This document shows, piece by piece, positions 26,491-39,600 of a DNA stretch of 64,000 nt. Origin of the DNA: Anthoceros angustus (lineage: Eukaryota > Plantae > Anthocerotophyta); the NCBI GenBank assembly GCA_010909165.1, contig MU008164.1, positions 434,001 to 498,000 of the forward strand. The letters are read 5' to 3'. The first letter of the stretch is position 1. Each line of letters begins with the position of its first letter. A model generated the notes under the pieces. The model ran no database searches and was not told where the DNA came from. It worked only from the letters and a program-made list of their open reading frames with translations. The position numbers and the translations under genes were made by a program.

Positions 26491-28000
26491 CCTTGTAGTG
26501 ATGTTCAAAGATAGGGTTTTTCTCCGAACCTCATTTTGGCCCCAACCATCCAGAAATGCACATGTCTCATTTCACTGTTTTCAGTGATTTGCGAACCCAT
26601 AGCCCATGCATCCGAGCCCAAGGAAGACCTAATGTGCCCACCGTCCGCACAAATGACGGACACACTTTTGTACCAAGTGGCCGGATGACTTGCGCACTTA
26701 TGCTCCAAAGAGCTGGAGTGCACCGAACGTCCGGCGCACTTGTACTATAAAGAGGTGCAATACACTGGGTTTGGAGAGGGTTGCGTCAATACTTGTGTAG
26801 GCAAGCACTTTCGTTCAAGTTGCTTGTGCACACTTGCCACCGCACCAACACTCACATCAATTCTCTTTTCAAACCCGTGATTGAGCAATCCCAGACATGC
26901 ATATCGACTGGCCTCCGTGTCGGAGATAAGCCGCACTTAGATCTGCGGCATTGGGCCCCTTGGGGTGGACAAGGTAAAGGATGGTGAGGCCTCCTCAACC
27001 GTTCTTGATCAAACTCTTGAGCTTACATTTCTTCTTGTCAAGTCAAATCGCTTTCAACCTTAATCTATCCATGGGTGGCACATGGAGCAAGTCGATCTTA
27101 AATTCAAAATCTCTGGCGAAGCTTGGCTATAGTTCGTCTCGAACACCTAGCTGCCGTGTAGTGGGCGTCACGGTGGGTATAGATAGGTCCTCCTTGAGCC
27201 TCACGAAATACTCAGCCATTTGGTCAAAACCCCACTCGGCGACAGCCCTCTTTCTTCGAGATACTGGCTCTCACTAGGGCTCGCGGTGGCGAGCGGATGC
27301 TCTCTTATGCTTGTGTTCGACTACATCAAGAGGCTTTCATTACTCAAGGAAAAATCATCTATTCTATTTATTTTCTTGCTTCTCGCAAAACATTGTGAAA
27401 CATTGTCGTCTTCAAAAGGTTGGCCATTAGAAACCACCATCATACATGTCGAATTTTGGAAAATGTAGCTCATCTAGAAACCAAGGCCTATGCATCTATC
27501 GTGCATCAAACTCGAATGAGCGGACATTTGGCGCACCAATCAAAGAGATCCATGCAAGTCATCGAAGGGCACATAGAGTAAGGCCAAAAGGTTTTACATG
27601 TTGTATACAAAGCGAATGTGGGAATATAACATCAACCAACAAATGATTTTCAAAAATAATATTCATGACTTTACGCCTAGATACCGGATGATTTACAAAT
27701 TTTTCAAACCACTAAAAATCAACACTCCATCCTAGTATTGACTCTAGTTGCTTTGTTGCCTCTAGGTGCAGTGGAGTTGTTACAAAGTTTTCAAAGCGCC
27801 AAAAACAAGCAAGCCATCCTAGTTCTAATTTGACCCAAAAGTGCATAACCAGGAAATTCTCATAGCACCAAAGTCAAGCACCCCATCCTGGTACTGATCC
27901 GACCCGGGGATGCTTAACCTTGGAGTTCTTACGCCATTGAGTCTATGTGCACCTATCCCAAGCGGATATTTCTAGAGAAGACAAAGAATAAATATAGATG

Positions 28001-28374
28001 TGCGCCGGACGTCCGGCGCATCCACTCCACCATTTCCATCTCGGACGCCCACAAGATTGGGGTCTCCAGAAAATGCGCCGGACGTCCGGCGCAGGCTTTA
28101 GCAGACTCGCGCCAATGTGCGAACGTCCGGCGCATTGTTCCAATTCCTTCTATGTTTTTCACTCTAACAATGGAGATCCCGGGGTTGTGTACTCAAAGTG
28201 CACCAGACGTCCAGCGCTACTTTTTAGAGTCGTAGTTTGGTCCTCTCGAGATGGCCATGATCAAGCTATCGGTTAATGTTCTCTCACAATTGCGCCGGAC
28301 GTCCGGCGCAGTTGCTTCTTTTCGGCTTGCGAATTGCTACTTTTGCGTGTTGGTTGCGCCGGACGTCCGGCGCA
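28001..28374. repeat. Cluster of 20-bp palindromes TGCGCCGGACGTCCGGCGCA
   Basis: Perfect copies at 28001, 28074, 28291 and 28355; variants at 28116, 28199 and 26719. Confidence 0.9.
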
Positions 28375-28899
28375 GTTTGGCTTGCTGGACTAATTTTGTT
28401 TGGATTTGCCTACTGCTCACCCCGCTAGGAAGTACTATCGCTGCGAGGTGTTTAGGATTCCTAGCACCTATTAAAATCCTTGAAATCCCTTCCTTGTGAA
28501 GGTGAAATCCGCGAACCTTCTTGGCTTCAACCCTGTTAGCGTAAGTATTCACGAGAAAATAACATGGTCAATGTCTTTCAGTACATGTCTAAAGAGTGGT
28601 TTTGCTAAAGATGATGCATTTTGGCCTGCTGGGTCATTTTTGGTCTTTAGGGACCCAAACCCCTTTAATGGAGAATAACCCCTATGCTGAGAGACGCTGT
28701 TTAGTGTGGCCCAAAACAAACAGGCCTGAGTGTGGGCGCACACCCCCGGTGACCGAGATTAAAAACAAGGATGGTCCACAGTCAAAATGACTCGAAATGA
28801 CTTGACCTGCCCACACCCTGAGCCCGGTTTGATCAGGATGACCGAGAGACAGTGTACTGAAGTGCGGCCTATATGTAGTAGTAACTAATCAGATGGATA

Positions 28900-31860
28900 C
28901 GAAGTGTGATCCCACCGTGCCTGCACGGGTGTACATATAACCCAAGCCGACTTACCTGGCATTACATCCCCTGCACAAATGCTCGTGACATGTGGAAGGT
29001 ATACGGTCCCGTCTTCAAATCACGCCCGTCTGCGCAAGCATGTCGAGTGTCCTTGGCGAAAATCCACAATAATCCCCGACCATACTTGGTGGAACTTTGG
29101 TTAATGAACACTGCGTACCGGCTTTAGCACAATGGTCGTGAAGTCACCTTCGCCGCGACCTCTATGATCTGAACAACTCTGCCATAGAACTCCGCGGCGT
29201 CGTTGGTGCCCACCATGTCAAAAGTACCATGAACCCAGCTGTCTTGAGTGGACCTCTTGTTCTCATCTCCATCCATTGTCCGAAATGAAAACCCCGCGTG
29301 TTCAGGCCTCGATAAGTATTCAGAGTTTGGCGAGGGCCAAAAGCAAGGGCCCGAATGATAGCCTGATCCGGGCTGCCATTCCACCTCCCATTTCTAACGC
29401 CTTCAAGTAGCCATGCCATAAAGTCATCAATAGCCCCACCGCTGGTATGCTCAAATTTCGCATTGGGCTAGAACTTCGAAAGTCGTAATGATACTGCAAC
29501 CTTTTCCTGGTCATCCACATTTAGTGTTACCTTGTGAGCCCGGCCTATGGTGTGATCCACTTCTTCCATTGAACGACGACGTCCATTGGCCTCATTGTCG
29601 GCCGAAACTCGAGGCATAAAACATGGCCTCCATGGCCACATAACCTGTGGCCATGGAGCCCTCAGCTCGTTGGCGACGTGATTTTTCAGACCAAAGATAA
29701 AGCGCCCATAGGGTACATCCACCGCCCATGGATCGCTCCAAGGCCTCAACTTCATCGACAAGGTGCACAATGAGGTGTTGCATGCGCTCCAAAATGTGGA
29801 AGGCATGTGCTGCTCCAGTTTGATCATGAGGTCAACAACTTCTAGCTTCATACCTGGGATATCTGCCACATTGATTTCCTTGCTGCACATCCATCGGTAT
29901 ACTGCACCTAGCCTTGTGATGCATTTAAGCTCTCGCGGCGGCAATCGACCTCTTAACGCTATTGGCAAATAGTACTGCAACAAACAATGCTTGTCATGGC
30001 TTTTTAAACCAGTTACTTTGGGTCCACTAAAACAACTCTTCAAATTGGCACCGAATCCCGTGGGCGGCTTCATAGCGCACCTTCCTCCACAACCCAAAGC
30101 CAAGGTTTGGAGTCGTTCTCCTCCATGTCAAACCTGCTGCCAATAGTGTCTCCAGACCCACTTATTACTGCCCAGATCGCCTTGCAGTTATTGGCCTCGA
30201 CATGCATGATATCTTTTATCCATAGCTTGCACGTATGATGAACACGCAATGCCTGCGAATGAGGGACCGCTGCCCACGCCCCAAGTGTTAGGCCGCATCC
30301 GGCATGCCGTGAGATGCTCCACCTTCTCATCTCATCTACTACGACATCAGACGATGCGGAGGCGGGCCGGTCTCGGACCTATTGTTGAAGGCTTCGAGTG
30401 GAGAGTCCGTCACGTCATCCATAGCCTCACACCGCTCCTCAAACAAACATTTATCCAATTCCGCAGCCCACCTAGCATCGAGGCCAAGCCCACAATCAAT
30501 GCACGCCGCTTCTACGAACTCGCCAATGATCCCAACCACAGGTAGTCACATGTCGCCATCGAGTGCAGCCCAAGCTTGAAAATACGACCGAGTCACCAAC
30601 AGCCCGTGAGTAATCCTCACATTGAACACCTTCCCATAGCCGCCGCACTGCGTGACTGGGGCTCAAGATAGATATCCATGTTCGCACTTGCCGGACTGAA
30701 TGATCGGATAGGAGGATTCTGCTTCTTGGTGGCAACCCAAGGAGGTAGATTGTGGATGACCAGATCGGCCAAATTGAGTATGAATTGGACTGCGCGCTTG
30801 GGTTCATACCATCTGCAAATGCTCACCGACATTCCTGTCTTCTTCGCCAAGTTCCCACTTGATCCAAAGCTCTCCACGCCGGTGTCGGCTAAAATCCGCA
30901 TCTTTCCATCCGGGCTACGATTGCGAGACCACCATGTCATGTCATGTGCAAGCCTCGGACATCGGAAGATCCCGGGTTGCCCACCAAAGGGAAATGCGAA
31001 CGTTTTCATGGATCGGCTCGACCGCCACCTCGGCCGGTTTCGAGGCACCCTACAATGGTAACAGAAAGTGGCATCCCTGCGCTCTCCCCAGTAAATGTTG
31101 CAGTCCCTTGGACATGCAGGAACCCGCGAGCTTGATTGTGCCACATGGAGAAGAATCCTTTGTGCATCTTGCCGGCTGGCAGGGAGTGTGTTCGGAGAAG
31201 GAAGCAAGCATGTGCGGATGACAGCAAAGAGCTTCGACATGGCGCTGTCAGACAAGTTGAAGCTTTCTTGGACCTGGAGGAGAGCCACAATCGCAGAGAG
31301 GGTGCTCTGGCCACTTATGCACGGTCCCTCACTATTGAACAAAAGCTTCCCGGCTTCAACTGCTAATGTCTCGTACCACTGATCGGGGATGGAATGAATG
31401 AGCCCAGCCATGTCATCCTCGTTAGCGGAAACTACTTCTTCATCATCTGGATTGTTGTCTGGCAGCTCGGGTTGCACATTCTGGTCCTCTGCTCCCTCGC
31501 CACGCCCGTATGGTACCTCACTAAGCTCCTCAATAGAGTCATCCAGCATCCCTTGTAGCAACTCTTCCTGATCCATGACCTCTCGACCCCTCCATGGGTG
31601 CCCCTGCCGGACAAAAGCATAAGCTGTGACGACCGATCCCCGCTGAAATTGATGGACTGCCGACCTTGCGTGAAAGCACCTTTACTTGCATTCGCCGAAT
31701 TCGTGTATGATGTCTGACATGTCATAGGGCAATATCGAACCGAGCACGTCTCCCCAACGGCTTGCAATCTGGACATGGGCATCGCACCCTAGGAATCTGC
31801 CTATTCCTGACGGGCGGAACCATGGTGATGATATACTTGTCCAGCTCGAACTTGCCTTAA
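28900..31860 (-). pseudogene. CACTA TnpD/Tnp2 transposase, frameshifted as assembled
   Basis: RCPCPDCK; CPRDC...CYHC; DGKMRILAD; HNLPPW; DIYLEP; DIMHVEAN; GLKSHDKHCLLQYYLPIALRG; HLIVHLVDE; EGSMATGY; FYGRVVQIIEV. Confidence 0.93.
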
Positions 31861-34080
31861 AGCTGCCCGAGCTCTGCATTAAAGGGGAACCCATTGTGAA
31901 CGGAAGTGCATTGTTAGCCGCATACTTTGGCATTACGCTTAGAGGTGGGAACACACTCGCTTATATCCAGTTCTGATTTACGCTCCATGCCTACTCGTCT
32001 TGAAAACAAGGCCACCATCTCACGCCAGAGCACTCCCGAGCACATCTGTCTGCACCTCTCTTCGCTTGAAGCTTCTCTTGCTCGCCATGGCGTCCAGGCA
32101 GAGCAATGGGAGTGAGAGCCTGTCCGGGGGGGGGAGCACAAAACCCACCGCAAGTGTCAGTGGGATCGGGGGGAGGCACGTTGCAAGTCCTCGAGCGCAC
32201 TGCCAGTGATGAGTCAAGGCAAAATGTGGCGTCAAAGGGCTTGGTGGGTGAGGATCAGGTAGAGGTGGATGAGAGGCCGATTGCGTGCCGTGCGGGAATG
32301 GGTGTGGCACGGACCCGCCCAATCCCAGTCTGGACTTGGACACATGCGCCGGAGCTCCCATGTGGAGATTATGTGTGTGCGAACGCTTTCAGGGATGGTG
32401 ACGTCCCATCACCTGCAATATGGACACCAGGGCATGGACGATGGGTGATTCAATTGGCAGAAGCGAGCATGATGAGTGGTTTTGAGCGAGACTTTTTCCA
32501 TTGTCGGCTGGCAATCGACGACTCTGGCCCACGGCCTCTCAGACATGGTCCGAATCAGTTGGATGTTCGCAATTGGTGGGTGGCATGTGCGATGCGCTTG
32601 GGCACTCCGTATCTATGCCGTGCGAAGGAACTGGGTGAGTACATTGTCGACATACTGGAGGAAATGCGGTCCATCACCCCTCTACTGCATTTATCAACAG
32701 TGGTGGAGGTGGGGACGCCTGTGACGCGCATGTTTTTCATTCCTACCTACTGGGGAGTAAGTTTGACGTTCTTTGTGTGGAAAGGGAGCCTGTGTTTGAG
32801 CCGAATCATTTCGCAATGAGCCGTCCACCAAGCTGCGAGCCATCATGCCAGGATATCAATATGCGCTTTGATGATATTCGTAATACACAATTGGGAGTAG
32901 TTCGCAGGGCGACTGCTTGGGACAAGCGTCGCATGGCAATGTGGACCGGGCCCGGAGGGTGATGACAGATGTGCTTTTTCCACAAGCCGCAAATCATGAA
33001 GCTATGGGTTGTGAAGAAGTCAGGATCACCTTTTCCGGACATGCTTACGCTTATGTACAACAGTATGAGCACTGGTTTGCTACTCAACTCTTTGCTTCAA
33101 TGAAGAAGGGGCTTCTCAAGTGGTGGCAGGTTGTGTCAAGATAGTGCGGGCTTGTCACTGCATCGCGAGGAAAGGCTGGGCAATTGTTGCTGGCCAGTTG
33201 TTTGCTTTTAAGTTTCAACCGCGTGCACTCGTCCGGGCTGTGCAGGTGTCCGTCTTTGGGCCGCTGGTGGAGATGGATTAGGACTGGCAGGAATGCCGTC
33301 TTGTGTCTTCGATTACCATGCCTCCTGGCATGGTAGGGATTGAATTGTTGAGGGTGTGGCATAGTAGTGGGGCTGGAAAAGTTTGCCAGTGTTTTTCGTT
33401 TGGTTTATGGAAAAGTGTGCTAGGCATTTTGACATAGATAGGGCGCCTGGTTTCCAAATCGGCACAAAATTGCATGGGTTTAGGTAGGACCTTCTCTGAT
33501 CAAGAGACATAGTAGGCCCTCCTCTGATTGGACCGTGCCTGAATGGTCAGACGGGCAACTTTGTCCGAGGTATGAACCTGTTATCCTTTGAAGTTTGAGC
33601 AAATGTATACAAAATAGCGCAGTAGGGGTGAAACGGGCCAGAGCAGGCAACTATTGTCAATGGTGCAGGTAACCGATCGCGGACAAACCAGTCCATGGTT
33701 CAAATCGCAATGTGCATGCTTGCCCATTGGGTGTGACGGGCGATTGAAGACCGGGCAGTCCACCCGAACTGACCGCTACCCTAAAACACCAATTAAGGCC
33801 GGCCCCACCTCACCCATGCGCCGGAAAACTATTGTCAACCGGGACACCGATCTGTCAGTCCATGACTTCCGATTACCGGTAATATGGCGGAGAGGCGCAT
33901 TCCCACAAACTTGCGTAAGTGGCAAACGCTTGTTGAACGCGATGCCGAAAGTGGATGTCGTTCCTTGCGCAGGCACCTGGCCCTCTGCCCAAAATTTCCG
34001 TTTGTCGAGCTCAAAATCGGCTCGAGGCCAACACCGGCGTCATTCGGTGGCGTCATTTCCGAGCGTGCATTGCGGTGGTG

Positions 34081-34777
34081 CAGCGAGAAGATCAAGAGAG
34101 CGTGGCGCAACGCATCAGCGTATACATACGAGGCGGCGGGTTTGATTTCCGACATTTGCGACATCGCATCTCCCTTCGCGTGCCTTGTTCTAGGCTGGAG
34201 TCGATGGTTGCGGCGTCGTGTTGTTGCGGGGCGTTGCCACCGTCGCTCCGGCCACATTGACAAATTCGAGGACAAGGCGCGGCATTTCTTTTGTGGAGCA
34301 TCACGCTGCGAGGAGTGATTGCTCGAAGGCACCGGTGTACCAACATCTCCAAAGTCCCCTAGACGTGCTAGGTATCTTTGCGCTTAAGGAGCTAGGCAGA
34401 TTCACGGATTGATTTGGTGGGTTCGGTGGTCGTTGGATGCATCTTTGCGAGCTACTTTGGCGTCTTGGGATTACGATGGCAGTGGATCCGCTTCAAGATA
34501 ACCAAGGGTGACTTCATCATCCTCCCTCCGGGATGTACCATGATTCACCTGGGCGAATCCTTATTCATCAAGGTTCGGCTCTCTCTTGCCTCGCTAGCCG
34601 CATTGTTCTCTTTGTTACAACTTGCTTTCAATAAAGGTCTTGCAAGGAAGCTTGTTGGCTTGAAGATTGTACCATTGAGGTGCATTTAGGTGTTGGTGGG
34701 TTAATATTATTGGAAACTGTGCAGGCATTGAGGCTCTTCATGGAGGTGCCTTCATGGACAGACGAGACCAGACCCAC
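34081..34777 (+). pseudogene. ARD: Acireductone dioxygenase, copy 4, 3' half (split by CACTA, cut again at 34777)
   Basis: [44 protein letters not shown]. Confidence 0.88.
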
Positions 34778-36490
34778 TGTGGAATGGGGTTTTTGCGTCC
34801 CAAAGGCGCAAAGAGGCCACATTACCCTCTATGTCGTTATAATCCTAGGATTTGATCCCAAGGGAATGGTTTTGTGTCAAGATGTTCTAAACTACGGGTC
34901 CTAGTCCTACCACAACCGAACCTTACCCTACCAGAAACAACCACTGTGGAGGTCCCAGCCACCGCAGTGGTGCGTTCAGCCACCGCAGTGGTTGATTCAT
35001 CCACTGTAGCGGGCTCCCACCACGGGCGCGCGCGTGTCGCGGCCGTCTGGTTGTCACCCGGCTCCCCGGGCGAGGTCTCTGAGAGTTATGGCCTTACACA
35101 CACACACACACCTAGACTCACACCTATTCTAATTCTCTCACAGGGAAGTCCGTCCTCAGAACTTTCCGGAAATTAGGCACCACGACCCCGAATACGCGAT
35201 GTCTCGCTCGCGACCTCAGACCTCACCACTCGCTTCGCCCTTTCTATCATTCCGCGTTTTCTCAAACGCACACGCATTCCCCTCCCCTACATCACGCCAC
35301 CCTTACGCCAAGAACCTTCCACCACACATGGATACCCCCTCTCTTCCTCTTTCTCAGGCCACAGACCTCACTCCGGCCACCGCAGTGGTGATTCGGCTCC
35401 ACCGCGGTGGTTGATTCATCCAGCATGGCGGGCTCCCACCACGGGCGCGTGTCGCGGCCGTCTGGTTGTCACCTCCGGCTCCCGGGCGAGGTCTCGAGTT
35501 ATGGCCTTACACACACACACACCTAGACTCACACCTATTCTAATTCTCACGAAGTCCGTCCTCGAACTTTAAATTAGGCACCACGACCCGAATACGCGAT
35601 GTCTCGCTCGACCCTCATGACCTCACCACTCGCCGCCCTTTCTATCATTCCGCGTTTTCTCAAAGCACGCATTCCCCTCCCCTACGCCACCCTCACCCCT
35701 TACGAACCTTCCACCACACATGGATACCCCCCTCTCTTCCTCTTTCTCAGGCCACACAGACCTCACTCCGGGCCACACAGACCCCCCCGTCTCCTCCCCC
35801 TCATAGAATTAAACACGTTCTGATGGGCACGTTTCTAGGAGGGAGACAGAGGAGGCACGGTCAGTACTTGGGCGATTCACTCGCCGGCGATCTCACTCCG
35901 ACTTTCCGCAGCAACCTTCGCCCCTTTCCAGCGCGCGCCGGACGCCCCTCACCAATCGCTGTCCCAGACGTGGAGCTTGGCCACTCCGCTCTCGACCATC
36001 CAGGGATCTTCCCGGTCTTCTTGTGACGAGAAAACGATGTGCCGAACCCGCTCGGTGCTGACCAGACGTCTCCAATCAACCCCGCGCGAGGATTCGATAC
36101 ACGGGGTCCCTCTCGCTCGCTGGCCACGCCTCTGATTCGAGCGATTTTCCCCCAAAACCTCCACCTCGCTCTCGCTGCCTGCGGTTCCCTCGCGCCTTCC
36201 CGTGGACGTTGCGCGCCTGTGGCCTCTACATCCGTTGTCCCGCTCCTCCTCACTGGACAGCCATACCGTGTGCTCCTCCCTCCATGCTCTGGCCTCCGTC
36301 TCGCTCATCTCCTCCAGCACTACTACTTGGAGCCTAGTGCTGTGTCACGAAGTTGAGAGCGCTGAGAATTGTGCAAGTCTCTTGTGGAGTGAATTGGCAA
36401 GGTCCTAGGGAGTTGGGAAGCCTGCATTTGTGACCGCTCGGAAGCCAACACTTGTTGCTTCGTTAATGAGGGGTGTTACTATCCAGGTGT
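34778..36490. mobile_element. TE-derived, possibly LTR-like segment terminating the ARD array
   Basis: Starts abruptly with TG inside an ARD exon; non-coding; contains an internal duplication. The right boundary is approximate. Confidence 0.35.
34958..35770. repeat. ~400-bp direct tandem duplication with (AC)n tract
   Basis: 34958-35375 vs 35376-35770. Confidence 0.9.
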
Positions 36491-36643
36491 TTTTAATAAG
36501 ATATTATGAATGTTCAGAGTAGGTGAAGGAGCCGCGAGAATCCATTCCTTGATCCAGGTAGTGTATACAATGCACGTATATACAATATGCAGCCTACTGA
36601 CATTGCTACAAGACAGTGGTCTAGAGTGAGAAAAGAAGCGGAT

Positions 36644-39600
36644 TCATTTACAACAGGGCTTCTCTGTGCAGCAAGGTCTGCGTTGCGATGAGAAGTGCAC
36701 CAACCGAGCATCAACCCAATGCTTTTCAGGATGCTGTCTCTGCCGGGAATAACTCCAGGCATCGAACAGGGTTTCGACCTGCGTCGGAGACATTCCATCC
36801 GTGCTCAGTTCCAGCATCTGCAGGACTCGAGCTTCCTTGATTGCGTTCACCAGTTGGTTGTCTAAAAGTCTGGGTTTCGGCTGCTCCGAAATTCTCCGAC
36901 GCCGCCTCCTGCTCTGAGACGCAAGCAACGGTGTCAATGGCTCCGGCTCACCATCATCTTCGCTGTCAGCAATGTCATAAGTCTTGGGCAACATCTCCTC
37001 CCTAACCACCTCCAGGCTGCCCGATGCAGACGTGAAGACCTGGTCCTTCAGTTCTCCCGACTGCTTGCTCACTTGCTTAAACGTAATGTCATTGTCGGCC
37101 AAGTGCAACTCCAGAAGCGTCGAGTTGTCTGCTCACAACGATACGAGTAAGTTAAGGATGCTTAAAAGATGGGTTCAGAATGCAAGATTCGGTTTCGTGA
37201 CAAAATGACGCACCTTTCAAGGACTCCAGGAGCCGAAGAGCTCCCTCAAAGCTGATTCCGCACCCTCCTAGATGCAGGACCTTCAGACGGCATCCTGATC
37301 TTTTCAGTCCCTCGGCTATTCTATCTGCAGCCTGTGTATCGAACAGTGAACTGCCTGATTAGCTGAACTGGAGGGCAAAAAATATCGACCTCGATTGAAC
37401 TAAATTGAACCCACATTGACATTCTTGGCAGTAGTGAAGAACAAACCTCAATGTTGAGGACATTCCCACTAAGGTCAAGGAATGAAAGACCTTGGATGTG
37501 CATGACCTGCTTGCACAGTGTTACTGCACTTGTACCATAGAATCCACACGAAGACAGGTTGAGCTTCAAAAGCCTGCATGGGTGTTCCTGCAAAAAGTTG
37601 CTGAGCACCTCCGCACCACCCTGCAAATACATGACACTAAACTCAATGGCTTGAGTCTCTGACAAATCATTTCTTTACAGCTCAGGCCTTCAATGATGAC
37701 GGTAATAAACAGGTGAGGAGGCGAAGACTGGTACGTTTCGAATATCCGTTTTCGCAAGCGTTAAGGACGAGATACTCTTAGAAGTACTCAAGAACGTTGT
37801 CAGGCTCTTCACTCCTGTTTCGTCCAGCGCAACTTCCCTCAGATCCAACTCGGCAAAACTGGAAGAGTGTCAACGATTAAGCTCAAGAGGCACCGTCATC
37901 CAAGCTCCAGAGCTGATCGCAGCTGTACCTACCTTTTCAAAGCCGCGAGTTTGCGGAGGAGATCAGCAATGGCCAAGCCGGAAATTGGATTCGTTCCTGT
38001 AAGTTCATTGAAGTGTGGATTAAACACAAGCTGTCAGACTGTATCTGACTGCATGAGGTAAGCCAACCTTGAAGCAGACCAGCAATAACCATACCAATGG
38101 CGAGCTTTGAAAGTCGGCTTCCAGTTGGCAAAGATGACGTGATGCGGTCCACGGTTATGGTGTCTATGCCACATGCCTGTAACTCAAGTGATGCCAGAGC
38201 TGCCAGGTGAAGAAGAGGCTGTTGAGGTTCGTGCATGATCATGACAAGAAATGGTGAACATGAAGACAAACAAGGCTAACTGCGGCCCTACCTGGGCACT
38301 TCTCAAGAAGTTTAGCCAGACTCCTACCCACATGCTTTGTTAGTTTGTTGCCAGAGAGATTAAGCACCTCCAGCCGTGAAACAGTAATAGGACAGTCGCA
38401 AATCTGCAAAAGTAGCAGAAGTGTCAAACTGTTGAGAATGGCTACCTGCAAATTGGAAGAGCAAAGCGAAGGACATGTCCACATGATAACCTTCGTGAGG
38501 CATGCAGCTCCAAGGAGATTGTTGTGCAAATCAATGGTGAGGCCAAGATCCTTATGGCCAGTCTTTGAGATCAGCATTTGGATACTTTTCATCGTCTCAT
38601 TTCCTGCTACATGCACAATGTCTTCTTAATTATGCCTCGATACAAACTCAAGCCAGAAGCCAGAGAACGAACGATCAAAGCATATTGAAATCACAAAACG
38701 AACCTAGTTTGTTATGAGACATATCCAAAACAGACACAGGTGCTCGTGTTTCCAACGCTGCAAGTAGTGGTTGTGCCGATGCATCATCCATGTTACAACC
38801 AGACACAACGAGCTCACCTTCAGATTCCTGCAAGACCTGAAAGTTAGCGTACTGATGAAAAACCAGTGATTACAGAGAACTCATGCAACAATACAACAAA
38901 AATGGAGGCTATGCTCACCACGAGCTTGGTTAGCCTTTCCATGACTCCTACATTGGGCGGACATTTCAGACTGTGACACTGCACAATGTATTGATCAGAG
39001 AGGGACAGTTTGGTTGAACCTGTAATAATGAACCAGGACTGTGAGAAGAGAATTCTGCAACCGTGCAGTGCGGTGTAATTAAGCTCGTGCAGTGCGTGAC
39101 ACCATTTTGTCAATGTCAACTTACCACTGGCTACAGTTTGAACTCTATCTCCTTTCTTCAAAAGCATGAGCACGAGTTCGAGAAATTGAACTTGCTCAGC
39201 AACAGAAATATTGCACAGCACCGCAGCCTTGTTTCCTGTAAAAAGATATCTATAGGTCATAAACCAGCTTGTCAGCCATGTAAACGTCAAAATACAATAG
39301 TGGCTTCAGCAACAAGCACATTCCTACCAGATGGAAAGCTAGGATGACATGTAACCCGTTGTATCTCTTGCTCCAACCAGCTTAGAGTCTTTGGCCATAC
39401 GCTGTCCTGCTCAGCAGCTCGCTTCAGAACCACATTGATGTCATCGCCAAAGATTCCAACTTGGAGGGTGGCCGGCCCCTTCATATGGATACACAAAAGT
39501 CACCCTATCAGGCTGTGTCTACTTGAATTCTGCACTGGATGCTAACATAGACACCCTTTAGGCAGACACTTAAAAGGCGACAAAACTACCTCGAAGTGGT

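Larger units (their letters stand above)
23977..34080 (-). mobile_element. CACTA (En/Spm) DNA transposon, ~10.1 kb, inserted in ARD copy 4
   Basis: Left terminus CACTACTACAA at 23977; degenerate right terminus TTGCGGTGGTG (8/11 vs TTGTAGTAGTG). ATGACG/CGTCAT subterminal motifs at both ends. ARD resumes at 34081. Internal TnpD. Confidence 0.9.

Noticed and set aside
28001-28374. Palindromic repeats with unique spacers resembling a CRISPR array
   Set aside because: Spacer lengths are irregular (about 20-75 bp), the repeat is a loop-less 20-bp palindrome, there are no cas genes, and the context is a eukaryotic transposon.
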